Below are positions 43,810 to 57,597 of a DNA stretch of 64,000 nucleotides, piece after piece. This DNA comes from Eledone cirrhosa. Taxonomy: Eukaryota. Position 1 is the first letter of the stretch. Each line of letters starts with the position of its first letter. The DNA is taken from contig OZ024741.1 of NCBI GenBank assembly GCA_964016885.1, forward strand, positions 290,346,001-290,410,000, read 5' to 3'. Under the pieces are notes generated by a model, which saw nothing but the letters and a program-made list of their open reading frames with translations, made no database searches and was not told the DNA's origin. A program made the translations under genes and the position numbers.

Positions 43810-43812
43810 TAT

Positions 43813-44096
43813 AACGGCGATGAATTAGTTTTGCGAGGTTTGAAAGGATAGACCAACACTAGGGGGAACTAAAAGGTCGAAAAAACGGTTCAGTACTATA
43901 CGAACATGCCAGACAACAACACAACGGTAACATAGACAACATAGAAGTTAGAATAATATCTAAACATAGAAATGACCCAGCAGATAGGCAAATCAGAGAG
44001 GCCAGCGAAATAGAACTTAGAAGGCCAAGGCTAAACAGAAAAAATGAATGGAATAACAACAACACCCAAACAAACAACACTAACCTAAAAGAAGTA

Positions 44097-44139
<43 letters not shown>

Positions 44140-44600
44140 ATACACAAGCACAATGACAACAAACACACATAAACACACACTAGTAAACTAAGATAGAATA
44201 CATTAACCAATACACAGTCACCCAAACAAGAACACACATCAAACAATACACTATACACACACGCAAACGCATGCGCAGAGAAGACAAAAAAAACAACAAA
44301 TAAATAAATAAATAAACAGACTAAATAAAGATGGCGTAACCATACAATGCAACGGGAGGAAACATAATAGCACCACTGACGATGTTGCAGATGTGCAACG
44401 AAAGAACTTTGATAGACTATATATATGTGTTTGTGTCTATATTGTATCTGTATTTTTGACCGTTGGTCAGTCAATGGCAACATTGAGGACCGAATAGATT
44501 AAATTAGCCGATATAAAAGATACAGCAGCGAAAACCAACCAAACAGTGAGTGTGTTCTGTTATTAATTCTGGCAATATTACTACACAAATATGACCCTCC
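43813..44600 (+). mobile_element. Second Penelope-like element 3' fragment (GIY-YIG C-terminal half plus HHR); not called in the ORF track
   Basis: Manual translation RFERIDQH*GELKGRKNGSVLYEHARQQHNG...VRIISKHRNDPADRQIREASEIELRRPRLNRKNEW; HHR-like CTGACGA-T-GTTGCA-GATG-TGCAAC-GAAA at 44376-44403; (TA)n on both flanks. Confidence 0.8.
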
Positions 44601-44612
44601 CCAAGTATAACA

Positions 44613-44697
<85 letters not shown>

Positions 44698-44699
<2 letters not shown>

Positions 44700-44838
44700 A
44701 TATAAAAATGGCTTCTACAGGACTAGAACTGTTTCATTCGGAGGAAATCATCAGAAAGTCCCATCCTCCGAATGAAACAATTCTAGTCCTGTAGAAGCCA
44801 TTTCTATATTAAATTACTTTTACTCTGCTATGTATTGA
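44698..44838. mobile_element. Family-A fold-back element with an HHR on - (44710-44760)
   Basis: Minus strand GACTTT-CTGATGA-TTTCCTCCGAAT-GAAA-CAGTTCTAGTCCTG-TA-GAAGCC, followed on + by an inverted copy of its 3' half and a partial tail. Confidence 0.8.
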
Positions 44839-44852
44839 TATATATATATATT

Positions 44853-45045
44853 AGATCACGGGTTCAATCGGGGATAACCACAGTAAGTAAGGTACTCAAT
44901 ACAACGAAGAAAATGTTGTAAGGAACCAGATGGACCATAACGCACCAGAGTACTCAATGCTTCGGGTAGTAGAGTGGGTAATAGAAAAAAGTATGACCCC
45001 GACGGCAGAGCTCAAGCCGTTTCGACGGCTATTTCTGGACTAAAA
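44853..45045. mobile_element. Family-A tail joined directly to a family-B element
   Basis: CGGGTTCAATCGGGGATAACCACAGTAAGTAAGGTACTCAATAC runs straight into AACGAAGAAAATGTTGTAAGGAACC...GAGTACTCAATGC. Confidence 0.8.
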
Positions 45046-45696
45046 TATATACACACGCTATATATATATATATATGTATATAGGAGTGTGTGTGTGTGTG
45101 GGTGGGTGTGTGTGTATGCGTGCGTGTAATTATAGTGGAATAATCTACTATTATTTTTGGAAATGTGTGTAAAGCTCAATGTGTAATGAATGTCGCTGTA
45201 TGTAGGAATCCTAACTGAGGCTTACATACTTCCAGTTGACGACAATGAAGGTCGCAGAGCATAATTACATAATACAGAATGGTTTAGAAATTTGCTTCAC
45301 AAACATTGAATCCTAGTTAGATCCCAATGCGAGACATCTTACCATTGCTTCGGACCAATCCATGCCATGTAAATGTAAGTGGCTGGACGGAAACGTTTTG
45401 GAAGCACATCAGATGGACTGTGTCTGTAATTCTAAGGGTCAGCCTCGTCATACGCTCTATCAAGCTGAATCTCCCTGAGAATTAAGTTAAAAGTAAACGA
45501 GACTTTGGAATGCTCAGCCATACACGGTCTTTTCACGAGTAGTGTGTTATGTTGATTGAAACAACGGAAAACATCGTTGGATCCCACGGAAGTAAATTTC
45601 TCGTTCTTTCCATACACACAAACACACACACACACATTATATATATGAGTGTTTATGTAAGTATATATATGAATATATACATACATTTATATATGT

Positions 45697-45739
<43 letters not shown>

Positions 45740-46244
45740 GGGGGGGGGGGAGTCTGCGCTTTTGTAATTGTTGTTGTGTATGTGCGTATGTTTGCTACTG
45801 TGTTTTTGTCATTCAATTGCTTTCGATTGAAGAATATCAAGAATAAGAAAAATACGGCTTTGGAAGGAATGAAGCATGAAGAATTAAAATGAAAAATGGA
45901 AAGAAAATAACAGAAAATGTAAACAAAATCAAAACAATCACAAAATATAATATGATGTCTGGTAAAAGACTTAGCAGGAAGCCAATAGTTTTGAGTCGGA
46001 TAATGAAGGTTGGAAACAAGCTTAATTCAAACAAAATCGACAATAAAATATTTGGAAGGCTAGAAGCGACCGTCCTGCATTACTTGAGTGTCTGTGGCTT
46101 TTTAATATGAATTTCATTTAAGTCCTGATTTGTTGCTGAGAGATGATCTATAGATAGATAGCTTCTGGCTATATTCAACACTCGCATATCGCTCTATATT
46201 ACTTGGCATACCACTGTGTTAATTGTAGTGATGAATGCTCGTTG

Positions 46245-48850
46245 CTGGTTGTTGGTTGTTGTGGTGGTAGTGGTGGTGGTTGTGGTGGTGGTGGTGGTGG
46301 TAGTGGTGGTAGTAGTGGTGGTCGTGGTTATGGTAGTAGTGGTGGTGGTGGTGGTGGTGTTTGTGGGGGTTGTGGGGGTGATGGTGGCGGTGGTGTTGGT
46401 TGGGATTCTGGTGGTGGTGGTAGTGGTGGTGGTGGTGGTGTTAGTGGTAGTAGTGGTGGTGGTAGTAGTGGTGGTGGTGGTGGTGGTGGTGGTGGTGGTG
46501 GTGGTGGTGGTGGTGGTGGTTGTCGGGGTGATGGTGGCGGTGGTGTTGGTTGGGATTGTGGCGGTGGTGGTGTTGGTTGGGATGCTGGTGGTGGTGGTAG
46601 TGGTGGTGGTGGTGGTGATAGTGGTAGTAGTGGTGGTGGTAGTAGTGGTGGTGGTGGTGGTGGTGGTTATGGTAGTGGTGGTGGCGGTAGTGGTGGTGAT
46701 GTTGGTGGTGGTAGTGGTGGTAGTAGTGGTGGTGGTGGTGGTGGTTATGGTAGTAGTGGTGGTGGTAGTGGTGGTGGTGGTGGTGGTAGTAGTGGTGGTG
46801 GTAGTAGTGGTGGTGGTGGTGGTGGTGGTGGTGGTGGTGGTGGTGGTTGTCGGGGTGATGGTGGCGGTGGTGTTGGTTGGGATGCTGGTGGTGGTGGTAG
46901 TGGTGGTGGTGGTGGTGATAGTGGTAGTAGTGGTGGTGGTAGTAGTGGTGGTGGTGGTGGTTATGGTAGTAGTGGTGGCGGTAGTGGTGGTGATGTTGGT
47001 GGTGGTAGTGGTGGTAGTAGTGGTGGTGGTGGTGGTGGTTATGGTAGTAGTGGTGGTGGTGGTGGTGGTAGTAGTGGTGGTGGTAGTAGTGGTGGTGGTG
47101 GTGGTGGTGGTGGTGGTGGTGGTGGTGGTTATGGTAGTAGTGGTGGCGGTAGTGGTGGTGATGTTAGTGGTGGTAGTGTTGGTAGTAGTGGTGGTGGTGG
47201 TGGTTATGGTAGTAGTGGTGGTGGTAGTGGTGGTGGTGGTGGTAGTAGTGATGGTAGTAGTGGTGGTGGTGGTTATGTTAGTAGTGGTGGTGGTGGTGGT
47301 GGTGGTGGGGGTTGTGGGGGTGGTGGTGGCGGTGGTGTTGGTTGGATTCTGGTGGTGGTAGTAGTGGTTGTAGTAGTGGTGGTGGTGGTGGTTGTGGTGG
47401 TGATGGTCGTTGTTGTTGTTGGTGGTGGTAGTAGTAGTGGTTGTGGTGGTTGTGGGGGTGGGGGTTGAGGTGATGGGAGGGCGGTGATGGTAGTGGGGTG
47501 ATGGTGGTGGTGGTGTTGGGATGGTAGGGGTAGTGGTAGGATAATAGTGGTGCTATTGGTTGGGTTTCTGGTGGTAGTGGTGGTGGTAGTGGGGGTGATG
47601 GGGGGAGTGATGGGGGGGGGTGATAGCGGTGTTGTTGGTTGGGATTCTGGCGGTGGTGGTGGTGGTAGTGGTGGTGATGGTGGTGATGGTGGTAATGGAG
47701 TGATGGAGGTGGTAGTGGTAGTGGGGTGATGGGGGTGGGGGTGGTAGTGGTAGTGATGGGGGGGTTGGGTTGTGGGGGGTTTTATTGTTGTTGATAGTTG
47801 TAGTGGTGATAATTGTAGGTGGGGTGATGGTGGTAGTGGTGATAATTGTAGGTGGGGTGATGGTGGTAGTGGTGATAATTGTAGGTGGGGTGATGGTGGT
47901 AGTGGTTGTGTTGGATGTGATGGCGGTGATGGTGGTAGTGGTGTTGATAGAGGTGATGGTGTTGGTATTGGTGATAGTTGTAATAGTGATAATGTTAGTT
48001 GTTGTGGTGATGGTTGGATTTGCGGTGGTGATGGTTATGGAGGGTGGGGCTTACGGTGGTGGTGGTGGTGGTGTGGTAGTGGGTTGATTGTGCTGTTGGG
48101 TTGATGGTGATGATAGTGGTGATGGTAGTGGTAATAGTGGTAGTGGTAGTAGTAGTGTTTGTGGTGGTGTAGAGTGTGGGTGATAGTGGTGGGGTGATGG
48201 TGGGGGTGATGGTGTTGTTGGTGGTGAGGGTGGTGGTGATGGCGGATTGATGGTGGTAGTAATGGTAGGGGTGTTGGTGTTGGTGTTGGTGGTGATGGGG
48301 ATTGTGGGAATAGTGGTGGGGTGATGGTGGGATTGATGGTGTTGGTGGTATTATTGTAGTTGTGGTGATGAAGCTAGTGGTGGTGGTGGTGGTGGTGATG
48401 GCGGGGATGGTGGTGGTTAGGGTGATGCAGGTATTGGTGGGGATAGAAGAGATGTTTGTGATGATGATGATGTTGATGGTGATGGTGGTGGTGGTGGTGG
48501 TGGTGGTGGTGGTGGTGGTGGTGATGGCTGTGGTCGTGGGGATTGTGGTGATGATTGTGAGGGTTGTGATTGTGGTGATGATTGTAGTGGTGGTGATGGT
48601 GCTGATGTTGGTGATGGTGGCTCATATAGTTGAAAGTTCATATTGCCATAGTTACGATAGAGCATAATGATAGTAGTGGTGGTTGTAGGCGTCGTAGTAA
48701 TGGTGGTAGTCATGGTTGTAGCAGTGGTTGCTGTGATGGTAACAGTGATGATAGTGTTGCGGGTTGTGTTGACAGTAGTATTATGGTAGTGGTGATGATG
48801 GTATTGGTGTTAGCTTTGTAGTAGCTCTAATGGTAGTGATAATGATGTTT
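46245..48850. repeat. Long (GGT)/(AGT)/(GAT) low-complexity tract with internal duplications
   Basis: Block GGTTGTCGGGGTGATGGTGGCGGTGGTGTTGGTTGGGAT recurs; a 30-bp unit occurs three times near 47800-47900. Confidence 0.9.
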
Positions 48851-49299
48851 GTTTTAATATTGATGGTATTAATAACAATGCAACTACATACACCTACATC
48901 TATATATACTCTAGCCCACTCACTTATTTACAAATCATTGGAACTGTCTTGATTCAAACACTGTAATCGATTTTGAGTTCTGCAAAGAACGTATACTTAT
49001 GTGTGTGTACGCAGTCGTAGTTGAATTTTTAAGACGTTCGCGTTATAGTCAGGGTGTCCATGGTTCGAACTATGTTCGTAATATATTGAGCAAGTGTTTT
49101 CACAAGCTTGAATTCTACAATGATATACGTAAATAAATCTCAAAGGAAAACGTATATTCCCATACGATATTTCTTCCACCACAATTATCATTTATTTATA
49201 CATTGATTACTATTCAAAACGAAAGCTTAATATTGTTGTTGCTGGGTCATCTCTTGGGTCAGTCGATGTTCTTTTTCAGTTGTTTGATCACTAAAAATC

Positions 49300-49560
49300 A
49301 GCCTGCTTATGAAATTGTCATGTAAATAGCAGAGCATTCCATAAACACGTGTGTCCTTAACACAGTTCTCATGCAGATTCAGCGTGACACACTTTGTGAA
49401 AAGTTTGACTCTTTGAATGTCAGATACAACTAATTTTATTTCACCTAACTGAACTGGAGCAACATGTAATAAAACGCTTTGCTCGAAGGTACACCGCTCT
49501 GTCAGGAATCGAAATCATGATGGTGAGACAAACAACACAGCTGCTAATCCATGTGCATTC
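49300..49560 (-). mobile_element. Second SINE family, diverged (related pieces near 23630-23780 and 51780-51900)
   Basis: ACTGGAGCAACATGTAATAAAACGCTTTGCTC...CAGGAATCGAA; on the minus strand this gives a B-box-like TTCGATTCC followed by a TTGAGCAAG-type core. Confidence 0.55.
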
Positions 49561-49842
49561 ACTAAATAATTAATTATAATGTAAAGTATTATAGCTTTCA
49601 CAAAACCCACACCAAAAGAAATCAAATGAAAAATAATAACGAAACGACAACTACGAAAGAGAACTCACGATCAAGTACGAAACCAATAGCTTTTAGGTTT
49701 AACCGTGATATTTTATTCTTAATGTTGTTATGTATGTGTAGTGTATATACTCCATTACTTGTAACTCTAAAACGGAAGTGACATAATCAATACAACAAAA
49801 TGTGGCTAACATCAACCTCTACCACGAAAAGAAAAGTATGTG

Positions 49843-49893
<51 letters not shown>

Positions 49894-49930
49894 TTAATAA
49901 CGCACACATATATGATGTGTGTGTGTGTGT

Positions 49931-50060
<130 letters not shown>

Positions 50061-50112
50061 CTCTCTTTATAAATATATATAAATATATATATATACAGTA
50101 TATATATATACA

Positions 50113-50183
<71 letters not shown>

Positions 50184-50545
50184 GATTCAAATGTCAAACG
50201 TCCATTCATTCAATTCAAGATGGGAAGAGATGCACATGCTAAACATATAAACACAGCTGAAATCAAATTTATGTATCCATTGTACTTGATCATATTCATT
50301 CAATGTACCTCCTCTATACCTTTTCATGTCCGCATCTCTTTCTGGCTTGCGGGCTGATCGGCTGGTCGGTTGGTTTGTCGGTCCGTTGGCTGATGGTTCG
50401 TTGATAGACATAATATTATCTCTTTCATCTTCCTCTAATATAGCAGGAAAGTTTGTATATGCATACAAATGAGCATGCATAGAGCCTTATGCACAGAATC
50501 GCACAATCACGAGCTCGCACATATATTCATATATATATATATATA

Positions 50546-50607
<62 letters not shown>

Positions 50608-50688
50608 TAAATACATTTAAGTATATATATATTTATATATATATGCGTAAATACATACATATATATATATTTATATATATATGCGTAA

Positions 50689-50743
<55 letters not shown>

Positions 50744-50962
50744 TAAATACATTTATGTATATATATATATTTATATATATATGCGTGAATACAGTTATAC
50801 ATATATATGTGTGTGTGTATGGTTGTATGTAACTCTGTGTGTGTGAGTATATATATGTGTGTGTGCATGAGTCTGTGTCTGTTTGAATTTAAGTGGACAT
50901 CCTTGCATAAATAGATCAATGAATAGATATAGATAGTTAGACAGACATTTATACATACAGAG

Positions 50963-51042
<80 letters not shown>

Positions 51043-51285
51043 GCATTAAGCAACGTAGGTTTAAGCAAGAGTGCGTGGGAGGTGTAGGAATCGAAAAGGA
51101 GAAGGGGAAGCCTCAAGCCAACGATGAAATGAAGCGATGCAAAGTTTGGTTATTGGATAAAAAATTATATGTGGTAAAGAAGAAGAAGAAGAAGAAGAAG
51201 AAGAAGAAGAAGAAGAAGAAGAAGAAGAAGAAGAAGAAGAAGAAGAAGAAGAAGAAGAACAACAACAACAACAACAACAACAACA

Positions 51286-51347
<62 letters not shown>

Positions 51348-51559
51348 AACAACAACAACAACAACGGGCTTCGGCATAGTTTCCTCATGTGATATGTTTC
51401 GGCTTATATTCGTTCTGAGTTCAAGCCGCTCCGAGATCAAATACGCTTTTTATTCATTCGGAGTCAATAAAATAAAATACCAGTAAAATACTGGGGAGAT
51501 ATGATCCAAATTTCTGACCTTGTGCCTAATTCCGAAATTATTTATTTATTTAATTTCAG

Positions 51560-51680
51560 GTATCTTGCAAACTCTCGGACGCGAGACAGAAACTATGATT
51601 TAAGCAGTACGAAGCAGAGTATGAAGATATGGAGTAGTCACTTGGATCGGGCACAAATGACCAGGACGAGTTTTTTGTAA
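51560..51680 (+). CDS. Candidate terminal coding exon of an unidentified host gene
   Basis: Acceptor TTTATTTAATTTCAG|G, then 39 open codons YLANSRTRDRNYDLSSTKQSMKIWSSHLDRAQMTRTSFL* in non-repetitive sequence; no homology recognised. Confidence 0.3.
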
Positions 51681-52049
51681 CAGTGTCGACAGTCGGTCGA
51701 CTTTCGTCAAATCGGACGGAGGAAACAATATTTCCGTTGGTCTTTACAATTCCTAATACTATCTATCGGTCGCAACTGCAGGTAGAAGGAACAACGTGAA
51801 TAAAGTGTCTTGCTCAAGGACATAACGCATCGCCCGGTCCAGGAATCGAACTCACAACCCCACGATTGAGAATTGTAAGAGTGTGTACTCCATTAAATGC
51901 AACCAAGTGCCATGTGTGTCTATCCCGTTTCCTTTAAAGCTAAGGTACATTCTGTCTTTGCTAGATAGCATTTGATTTCAGTTCTCCACTTTACCGGTTT
52001 TTTTGCTGTTTTTTGTAAGAGAGGGGATTGTAATTTAAAGATATTTATT

Positions 52050-52467
52050 ATTCTTTATAACATTGTCATAAGTTCAGCAATTTTGGTGAAGGGAAAGTCA
52101 TTTATATCGACATAAGTATTTAACTGGTACTTTATTTTATCGACCCTGGAAGGATGAAATTTAAAGTTGATCACAGCAAGATTTAAACGCAGAACATAAA
52201 GAGCCGGAACAAATACTGCTACACTTTTGTTCGACCCTCTAGCCATTCTTCCAATACACCCCCCTTTTGATAATATTAATAATTGTTTCTACTTTAGGCA
52301 CAAGGCCAGCAATTATCCAGTACATTACTGGCACTTTATTTTATTGACCCCGTAAGGATGAAAGGCAAAGTTAACCTCGGCGGGATTTGAACTCAGACTG
52401 TAAAGGGACGTAACTATGCTAGAAAGCATGGCGTCCAACCCTCTACCGATACTGCCAATTCACCGAC
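52050..52467 (-). mobile_element. Two adjacent SINEs: old diverged copy (52050-52262) and young short copy (52279-52467)
   Basis: Both contain the TTTATTTTAT.GACCC..AAGGATGAAA core; the young copy is flanked by GATAATATTAATAAT on both sides, a probable TSD. Confidence 0.85.
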
Positions 52468-54888
52468 CTTCTGATAATATTAATAATGATTTCTAATTTA
52501 AGCACAGCCGCTTAATTAAGATATTTTAATTAATTTAATTAGATTTATAATTATCATGTCTCGAACGTGTGCAAGGAAACACATCTTGTTTGAAAAAAAC
52601 AGTGAGGATCATTGGCGATCTAATTGAGTCCAATATTTTTATCTGTGACCATTTTATCGCCCATCCACTCAGAAATGTAAAGGGGCGTAACTAAATAATG
52701 CATGGCAAGTTATGTTCTCCAAAGCCATAGGCGAATCAATAGCGATACACGTTGGTGTGTGTCCACAATAACATATCGTAATGTTTGCTAAAACAACGCA
52801 GGCGATTCAATTTATAGACGTTGCATTGGTTGCTTAAAGCGAGCCAAAACACATATGTTATTGAATGCTTATTACTGGTAAATATGCTTCGTAATTTTAT
52901 ATTTCATTTATGGTTCTATTTTTAAGTTTGTCTTCAGGAATTTTTCACTTAATGATAAGTTTAATAATGTAGATTAAACACACATTAAACACCGCAAGAG
53001 AAAGAATGTAAAATTTAACGAAAGTTTTATTAAAATGGTAATCAAGTGTGATTAAACGAAGAGATTCTCACGTGAATGCACTAATTCATATATATATATA
53101 TATATATCAACTAGAAATAGATTGACATATATACATATAAAATAAACATATGGAACAATCATAGGGAATAATTTGTAAAGTATGTAAGCACACATAGCAA
53201 GGTAGGTAACCAATTAAAGTTTAACTAGAACTTCCAATATAGACACCTTTTAAAATGATTAATCTCCTTTGTATATATTTCTTTAAATAAAAAATATATT
53301 TCACCAATTAATCAGTAAATCACAGTAGTCAAATCCTGGATGGTCACCAAAGGAGAAGATCCAACTATCTGCGTTTACAAAGCAAATGCAAATCTGTGAA
53401 TGACTCGAACCACGTGTTGCATTTAAAAAAAATACACACATCGCACAGCGTCATCCTAGTGGCGTGAATAGGATTATCGACAGCTAGAAATAGCAGCCGA
53501 GTCCATTCAACTGAGCTAGCTCTACAATTAAGGGGCCGTATATATATCCAAAAATTAAATTAAGGGTTGTCATGTCTGAGAAACATGCGCCATATCCACT
53601 GCAGAATAAGCTAAAAGATTCCAATGAATAGATCCGAGCATTTTATATCAACTAGAAATAGATTGACATATTATATAAAATAAACATATGGAACAATCAC
53701 AGGGAATAATTTGTAATAATTCGCCAAAATTCCACGTTTAGAAGTATTTTTAATTTATAATATTCCTATACACCTTCAAAATGATCCTATTTTCTTTAAA
53801 AATTTAAATGTAAATTTTTAAAATTTTTTAATATTTCTAATTTTTTAAATGTTTCTAATATTTTTACCTTTTGACATTAGTTTTTTTAATATATATATAT
53901 TTTTTTAATATATATTTTTTAATATTTTTAATTCTGACATTATTTTCCTAATGACACCCCTCTAAATATATTTTTTTAGATGTAGATTGATAATCTTTAA
54001 TTGACATTCTGAAAATTTATCCTCTTTACGATAGTTCTTCGAAATGCACATTACGTTTTTCTTCTTTTTGAAGTTTCACACATCTTTCGACTAAAATAAT
54101 TAATCTCACACAAAATAATATATAATTTTCTCTATATATTTTCTGAGTAAATCATTCATCAAATTTAACGGTTAGCAAACAAGATTGGTGTTATCTTTCC
54201 CTTTTCAATCGTGCAAACATAAACATAATATAATATGTACGATAAACTATATAACTTCGCTAAATTAACAATATTCTGAAAACATTTTCAATTGTCGGAA
54301 CAAAATATTCGAATCTACAAATTGTTCTCCTCTTACAACTTGAACCACGTCTTTTTTATGTAAAATACAAAATCAACGTCCTTCGTAACTCATATTAGAA
54401 ATATAAACAACTAATAATTGTAAAGTATTTCTATTTCTATAATACTTATACATACACAATTATTAATCTATATAGATATTTATATACATATAACCTATTG
54501 TAATGTAATAAGATAAAAATACTTACAACCATAATTCTTCATATAATCTAATTGATTATATATACAATATTATAACTCATAATATAGGTAAATAAATTTA
54601 AATTCTGGAATCATATTCCACCATTCTTCCGAATTAACGTAAATACAAGCTCTTCTTCCTTTTTCTTCTGTCCTACGGATACATACACATTTCCTAATTA
54701 TTTAAGTTCTCCATAGCGTCTAAATTAGCGGGGGGTTTTTCAGCCCTATACCTCAACCTCATTTGCATACTCATCTTAATAATTTGAAATATCTGACTTT
54801 TCTTCTCTTATCCCTTCACTATCCAAGGAAAACTTGAAGCGATAAGGTATTTTTCTTGGTTATGTCAAAATTTATAAAACAAACTTTG

Positions 54889-54949
54889 TATTTCATCTGA
54901 TGAAAGCGTACCAAAGTTTTGGTACACTTGAAATATATATAATAGAATA
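54889..54949 (+). ncRNA. Minimal type I hammerhead ribozyme (family D)
   Basis: TATTTCAT-CTGATGA-AAGCGTACCAAAGTTTTGGTACACTT-GAAA-TATATA-TA-ATAGAATA: strong stem II, palindromic stem III, imperfect stem I. Confidence 0.7.
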
Positions 54950-55035
54950 AATATGGTTTTATAAATATAGTTTCCATTTATTTAATATCATTGAATATAT
55001 ATATATATGTATGTATGTATGTGTGTGTGTGTCTG

Positions 55036-55067
<32 letters not shown>

Positions 55068-55167
55068 GATATAGATATATATATATATATGTATGTATAT
55101 GTGTGTGTGTCTGTATCTATGTATATGTGTGTGTGTCTATCTATCTATCTATATATATATATATATA

Positions 55168-55287
55168 TATAGGAACGAGTAGGACCCCAGTGGGGTCCTA
55201 CTCGTTCCTATTACCCACTCTACTACCCTAAGTATTGAGTACTTTGGTGCGTTATGGTCCACCTGGTTCCTTACCACATTTCTTCCG

Positions 55288-55290
<3 letters not shown>
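55168..55290. mobile_element. Family-B element with a shortened palindrome in (TA)n
   Basis: ATAGGAACGAGTAGGACCCCAGTGGGGTCCTACTCGTTCCTAT plus the tail with TTGAGTACT. Confidence 0.85.
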
Positions 55291-55344
<54 letters not shown>

Positions 55345-55352
<8 letters not shown>

Positions 55353-55455
55353 TAATATTAATAAATGGTATCTATCTTTATAAAAGCATATTTATTTTAT
55401 TATATATATTTCAAGGGTACCAACATTTTTGGAACTCTTGAAATATATATAATAT
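55345..55455. mobile_element. Family-D fold-back fragment (inverted relative of 54905-54995)
   Basis: TTATATATATTTCAAG...CTTGAAATATATATAA palindrome; the left flank is a diverged reverse complement of 54942-54995. Confidence 0.65.
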
Positions 55456-55465
55456 ATATATATAT

Positions 55466-55502
<37 letters not shown>

Positions 55503-55641
55503 GGGGGTGGTCAGGAACATATCAGTCTCAAACTAGTAAGACCACTATTCAGCAGAGTACTCGATACTTGGAATAGTAGAGTGTAAATATATATATTTAT
55601 ATATATATATATATGTCTGTGTGTATGGTGGTGCATATGTG

Positions 55642-55682
<41 letters not shown>

Positions 55683-56179
55683 TTGTGGGTGTGTATGTGT
55701 GTGTGTGTGTGTGTTTGTGTGTCTGTGTGTACACATTCTTGCACATGCTGGCATGTGTCTGCAAATAATTACCGTGATATGGATATCTGGAGCAGAGGGC
55801 TAACATTTATTCGAACCCCCAATGGATCCAATTATTCTATACTGAAATTTCCAACACACATGTGAATGTGGAACTGTTTCAAGTCACACAGCCTTAAAAT
55901 CAGATCTCATATAAACATACACATATTTATATACCATCATCGACTCACAGATACGCACAGGCTAAAAGAAACTCATGTACATATCATCATTAAATTATAT
56001 ATATATACGAGTATATGTGCCCCCGTTAGGGTGTATTTGTGCATCAAAAATAATATGTATAATACAGTCCTATAAATATATGCATGTGTGCGTAGATAAA
56101 GGCATATATATATATATATATGCCTTTATCTATATATATAATTATATATACATATATATATGTCTATATATATAATGTC

Positions 56180-56262
<83 letters not shown>

Positions 56263-56265
<3 letters not shown>

Positions 56266-56402
56266 TCCAGAATTAGCCGTCGAAACGGCTTGAGCTCAGC
56301 CGTCGGGGTTCTACTCGTTCCTATTACCCACTCTACTACCCTAAGTATTGAGTACTTTGGTGCGTTATGGTCCACCTGGTTCCTTACCACATTTCCTTCG
56401 TT
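56263..56402 (+). mobile_element. Family-B element without the inverted arm, in (TA)n
   Basis: GAGTCCAGAATTAGCCGTCGAAACGGCTTGAGCTCAGCCGTCGGGG...TTGAGTACTTTGGTGCG...CCTTCGTT; near-exact reverse complement of 26086-26225. Confidence 0.88.
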
Positions 56403-56876
56403 ATATATATATATATATATGTGTGAGTGTGTGTATATATATATATGGTGTGGGACAAATATGTATGAAAATGCATATATATATATAGAGAGAGAGAGAG
56501 AAAGAGAGAGAGGGGAGAGAGAGAGGGGGGGAGAGGGAGAGAGAAAGAGGGAGATAGAAAGATACGTATAGATATAGATATAGGTATATACACGCATTAC
56601 ATAAACATATATATGCTTGTGTGTATACGTATAAGCATACACATATATGTATATATATATACGTGCAAATATTGTCGTAGTGTATTGTGTGTGTATGTAT
56701 TTATGTAACTGGAAAAAAAAGGAAATCTCAATTGATCCGGAGGTTGGGTCCGGAAACTACGACAGACGCCGAGAAAATTTTTTTCTATATCTATATGTCT
56801 ATGTCGATCTCTCTTTCTCTCTCTCTCTCTATCTACCTATCTACCTATCCCCCCTCTCTCTCTACATCTATCTATC

Positions 56877-56915
<39 letters not shown>

Positions 56916-57075
56916 ATATATATATCCTTCTCTCTCTCTCTCTCTATCTATCTATTTATCTATCTATCCCTCTCTCTCTCTCTCTCTATCTATCTATCTA
57001 TGTATCTCTCTCTCTCTATATATATATGTATATCCCTCTCTCTCTCTATCTATTTATCTATCTATATATATATAT

Positions 57076-57597
57076 ATTTTTTTAAACTTTTTCTTTATTT
57101 GCTAGACCTCAATTTTATATGTTCTGGCTTGTTAATTTATTAACCCGCCATAGAACCACATTGGCATACGGTTGGATAATACTTGTTTCCCTATATGTAT
57201 TTTTTACACGTAGGAATTCATACTTTATTATTATTGAGCTCCCTCTAAGGTAGAGATAAAATTTTGGCCGTTTGGACTGCTGCTATTTCTAGTGGCAGGA
57301 CATTGACCTGTCCACCCTGCCTTTTGTCTTTGCACACGGCACCAGACAGAATTATTTCTTTCATCATCCGCTCTCATTTGGGAATGGTTTTGTATGGCGT
57401 CAGTTTGTCATTTGAACTCAGGAATTTTATATTCTCAGAGGGAGAGGAGCCTTCTGAAGATTGGTCCCTTCTCAATGAAAATCCGCTTGGATTTTCCGTT
57501 TTTCTGGAGCATGAAACCGCGGTAAAGGCTCATATAGTAAGTACAGCGAATTTTTTAAAATTTATTTTAAAACTTTTTCTCTATTTGCTAGACCTCG

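Noticed and set aside
46203-47468. 421-aa Gly/Ser-rich ORF with GGYG motifs, superficially like a structural protein
   Set aside because: Almost every Gly codon is GGT, the start is TTG, no signal peptide is evident, and it grades into surrounding (GGT)n low-complexity DNA; best explained as simple repeat.
50967-51042. GATA array (also 7837-7913) as a further Tx1 site
   Set aside because: No Tx1 sequence inside; these are unoccupied arrays.
56725-56770. CCGGA..TCCGG hairpin followed by AAAC
   Set aside because: No CUGANGA core and no stem III or stem I closure.
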